From assembly GCF_009914755.1 (NCBI RefSeq), contig NC_060948.1: a stretch of DNA of 64,000 nt, one strand, 5' to 3'. The notes below the pieces were generated by a model. That model made no database searches. It saw only the letters and a list, made by a program, of their open reading frames with translations, and was not told the origin of the DNA. Position 1 is the stretch's first letter. Each line of letters starts with the position of its first letter. This document shows, one piece after another, positions 59,851 to 64,000 of the stretch. A program made the translations under genes and the position numbers. The stretch comes from the human T2T-CHM13v2.0 reference genome, Homo sapiens.

Positions 59851-60467
59851 CAAAGTCCCAATGTGTAGAGAGAAAGAGGTTTTTACAATTCAGAAATGGC
59901 CACATTTAGTGAAATTTCTTATTTAAACAGACCACTATTTATCATTTTTAAACTGATGCATTATAATTTTCCATATTTACAATGTAGAACCGTTATCTTG
60001 ATACATGCACAAAATCAGCAATGACCAAATTTTTAAATGGCATACTGGTAATTGGTATATTAGTCATTTCCGACATATATGACATATTTGTTTCAAGAAC
60101 TTTCCAAATCTAAACTTCTAGTTATTATGAAATCTATAATAAATTATTCATACCTATAACCTCCCTCCTATACAATCAAACTTTAGAACCTATTCTTTCT
60201 AACTATTTTTTACACATTAACTAACTCATTTATTTGCTTAATGTCTTTCATAGCCTATAATAATCTGTCATTCTATTCTCTACCTATATGAGATCAACTT
60301 TGTTATTTCTCACATATGAATAAAATCAACCAATCCTTGCGCTTTATATTTCCTGGCAAATTTCACTTAATATAATGTCTCTTAAATGAAGTATTTTGCC
60401 TCAGTAATATTTAGTTAACTTATTGAGGCTTTTATACAACTGAAATAATCACTCACCTAAAATTTAC

Positions 60468-61823
60468 CATAACTGTTACCAAAATTCTTTGGGTACATAT
60501 GATTGTACTTTGAAAACAGCTCAATGAACAAAGATGTCTTGAAGATGTCTTATGACACAAATATTGTTCTCTTTTCTATCTTCTGTCTTTATTAACTCTG
60601 GATTGTCTTCCAATTAATAAAAATATTCTGATAAATTACCTTGGGGATCAACATTAATGACCAAAAAATCAGTAATGCACTCATTTAACTTTATAAATAT
60701 AAGGAAAGAAGTTGAAACAAATAAAAAACTTGCTGAATAAAATTATATACATTTTGTACATTCCTAATTTTCAAAACACTTAAATTACTTTTTATTTTTT
60801 ACTCTTATTGCTCAGTTCAAACATAGACTATTATAACTGGGTTTACAGAAAAGTTATCATAAAAGATTCATAAAATAATAACCTACACTGGAGATAATAT
60901 AATATAGTAAAATTTGTTCAAGCAGGCAGGAGTAAGACAAATGAGTCCTCTGCCATGAGTAACTTTGGGGAATAAGTAACTTTGGGGGAATAAGTTACTT
61001 AGTCTTTGTAGGATTCTGTATCTTCTTCTGGGAATAATGCATTTTCCAAATTACATAAGATTATTTACATGATGAAATCAGAATTATTAACACTGAATAA
61101 ATATGCCTATTAACCCTAGTTTTGGAAGGATGGGGTGGGGGGCATAGAGAGAAGCTCCAAAAGTCAAAACATGATTGTAGCCATAGAGCAAAGTACAGTT
61201 GCTTTCCAAGTATCTGAGAGGTTTCTTATTGTTTTCGTTGTGTCATAGGTTTGTGATGAAGAAATAAACAATCCCCAGTTCCTGCCCTAGAGAAGCTCAT
61301 TGCATAGAAAAAGGAACAAGGCAGATATACATGCCACAGTACAGTAATGAGACAACATAAATCACAAGCAACCAAGTCCAAAGGTAAGATACCTAATTTG
61401 AAATTTTATATTCTGTTTCATCTGCTTCTTGCTGTTGTGATTAACCATCTCTATATGTGTTAAATTCAACGCCCTAGGGGTAACACGGGCTATCATGTCA
61501 GAAATTACCTTCCAACTTTTCTTCCAATAGTGTCTGTTAACCAAGTATTGGTGAACATCCCATATGAAGATTCTACTAAAAGTAAAGCTACCCCAACTGC
61601 AATGCTTGGATGATATAATTTTCTGGGTCTAAGAAAGAGGAAGAAAGTGTGTGTTTTGTAATGTCTATAAATCATTAAATGCTGGGACACTGGTAACTGA
61701 AAGACAAACTATTTCTGCCAACTGAAAGGAAAAAATGAAGACATTGTAGGAAAACAATTTATTACAGTAAAACTATTCTGATTTTTTAATTTAGTTTTTA
61801 TCAATATCCACACAAAAAGTAAA

Positions 61824-61856
<33 letters not shown>

Positions 61857-63903
61857 GATCTTGAGTATAAACATTACCAAAATTTAGGTGTTCCATGTTT
61901 ACTTATTTGGAGGTGTATCCTAAATAGGTGATCACCACTGTAACCTAATTTTTTACTGCTTTATGTTCAAATTAAACTTTTCATAGGCAGTGTTATGATA
62001 ATTCTTAACTAATATTTTTTACAAAATCAGGGAGCATAATTTGAAGAACACATTTGATTCTTTAGCAGAAAAAGCTCTAATTTCATAAAAACATATTAGA
62101 GAATTTTAAAAATAAGCACAGCTTATGAAACACAGACAATATAAATATAACAGTCATAGTTTCTCAGCGATTTTAGCCACATTATAAAAATGTACTTACC
62201 ACAAATTCTTTTAAAGAACAATAATTGCAGAGAGAAAAACCGTAGCTGCTATCAGAATCTTCAAACTATTAGTAATTAATAATTAGAATTTACCTCACTG
62301 TTCTGCTTCTCATCTTCAAACAATCATTATCTATATTTTTACCTATGCATTCAATTGCAAGAATACTGTTTTCAGTGTGGGGGGAAACACATACACACAC
62401 GTATGTATATCTATAACATATATATAGATATATATGGCTGCTGGATCACAGCATTCATATGATAAGTAGCACCAGCATTTTTGAGTCCCGCAAATATTTC
62501 TGGCAGGTGAGATCTAACAGAGAGCAGATATTCCCACTCAAAAAGTGCTTCACAACCTGAGATCAGAAGAAAAAACAATGCTTGTACTATGAAAATCATA
62601 ATTCTGCCCACTCTTCTTTCCATCACGTGACAAATTAATATTGATGACAACTCATTTGTCATCACAGCCATTTTGAAAGAGTACTTTGAATTTTCATACT
62701 AACAATAAATCAAGTGACCATTACAGATTTTTAACTTCAGACCCCTTAGGTACATAGTTTAATGCCATCACATCTGTTTGTTTTTTTAAAAAAGGGTTTA
62801 TTTTAAAAACTGTCTTTTGAATATATATATACATATATAAACTATGTCAATTCAATTGTTAAATAAATTAACATACAAGGTGTTTTTAAGAGGGAAACTC
62901 TTCTCTTTACATAGATCTCACGAGACAAATAAAGATCTGACTTTTTAAGTGGTGAGTTTAGCTAGAAACTCCTACAATATGCTAGAAAATATACTCGCCC
63001 AGAGAAAAACGTAAACAAATAGAATTTCACATTCATCAATTAAAGATCTGTACAGAATGCTGTTGTTAACTGTATTATTAATCCTTGGTTTTCTCTTGAA
63101 ATAAGCTGAATTTTGTTATCATTTGCTCATTTACTTATATTAACTCACAGGCTGAGTTTCTGTTCTGTGTAAGATTTGAACATTGATACTTACTTTGTTG
63201 GACTTATGTGGACATTTAGAAGTAATAAAATTCACTCAAAAGTTTTCTTCTCACATTATGATTTTTAAAGCCATACCTCTCTTAGAATTTAACTAAAATA
63301 ACATTAAGTAACTTCGAGGTTTGGGTTATAAAAATCATTTTAATGCATACATTTTAAATATAAAATTTGGACCATTAAATTTGGCTTCTGGATACTCTGA
63401 GGTTTCAGTATTTTTTAACATGGGATTCAATAAAACCCACTTTGGTTACCAACACCAAGTATAGGGGAGCACTTAAGAAATACATATATTTTTTTAAATT
63501 TAATATTGTCTGACATAAACGGTTTTAAATATATACCTGATGGCTACAAAATGTTAAACTAGTTGATCAAAAGCAAACAAGCAAGAAAACTATGAGTTAA
63601 TTCCTTCTAAATAAAAAGTAGACTTTCAAAGTAAACTATTATTCCTGAAGAAAAACAGCTTTATAATGTAAAAATTCACTAGTTGTTGCTTTCTCTCTGT
63701 AATATATTGCATTCAAACAGTCTACTATCTTTTTAAGGTTCTTTACACAGCCAATAGCTGGTGCTACAAGCAGATCAAAACCAGGATTGATGGTAATGGA
63801 AGAGGAACAGACTGGAAGAGCTGGCTCTTCTGGCAGTTTTTTTATTTCTTAGACATTACAGTTAAACTTTTGATGCAGGGAAGACAACAACATCAATTAA
63901 TTC
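60468..63903 (-). pseudogene. USP9YP: USP9Y-type pseudogene fragment, catalytic-domain exons (63680-63903, 62294-62556, 60468-60658)
   Basis: Peptides ELIDVVVFPASKV...ITINPGFDLLVAPAIGCVKNLKKIVDCL; [10 protein letters not shown]...[19 protein letters not shown]; NVDPQ...KTEDRKENNICVIRHLQDIF...YVPKEFW*Q. Confidence 0.95.
61826..61854. repeat. (AAT)n microsatellite
   Basis: Seen directly in the sequence. Confidence 0.95.
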
Positions 63904-64000
63904 TTGGTAAGTTAGAAAAATAAATCACAGGTTATTAGTAGAAAACATATGTTATGAAAAATATGTCTTTTCAAGAAAATACTTTTATGTTTATTTGACA

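Noticed and set aside
61510-61630. AG/GT-flanked open segment on the minus strand within a USP9 intron
   Set aside because: No recognisable protein match in any frame.

Overview
This is human genomic DNA, shown by an AluYa5 and an L1HS-Ta element. It is most likely from the Y-chromosome ampliconic region. No intact cellular protein-coding gene is present. The window holds a decayed, intron-containing copy of the Xp22.2 block OFD1(-)/TRAPPC2(+)/RAB9A(-) at about 5.5-44 kb. Two oppositely oriented fragments of a USP9X/Y-family pseudogene follow at about 47.6-54.6 kb (+) and 60.5-63.9 kb (-), plus a U1 snRNA retrocopy. These are interleaved with many L1, Alu and LTR elements. I see no convincing new biological system. 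The most unusual details are: a U1 retrocopy whose stem-loop I is replaced by a 19-nt exact L1 ORF2 patch; a Ta-1 L1HS splitting the RAB9A pseudogene; a pristine AluYa5; a relic U12 AT-AC intron; and loss of the shared OFD1/TRAPPC2 promoter region. Gene and repeat identities rest on recalled sequences compared by eye, not on database searches.
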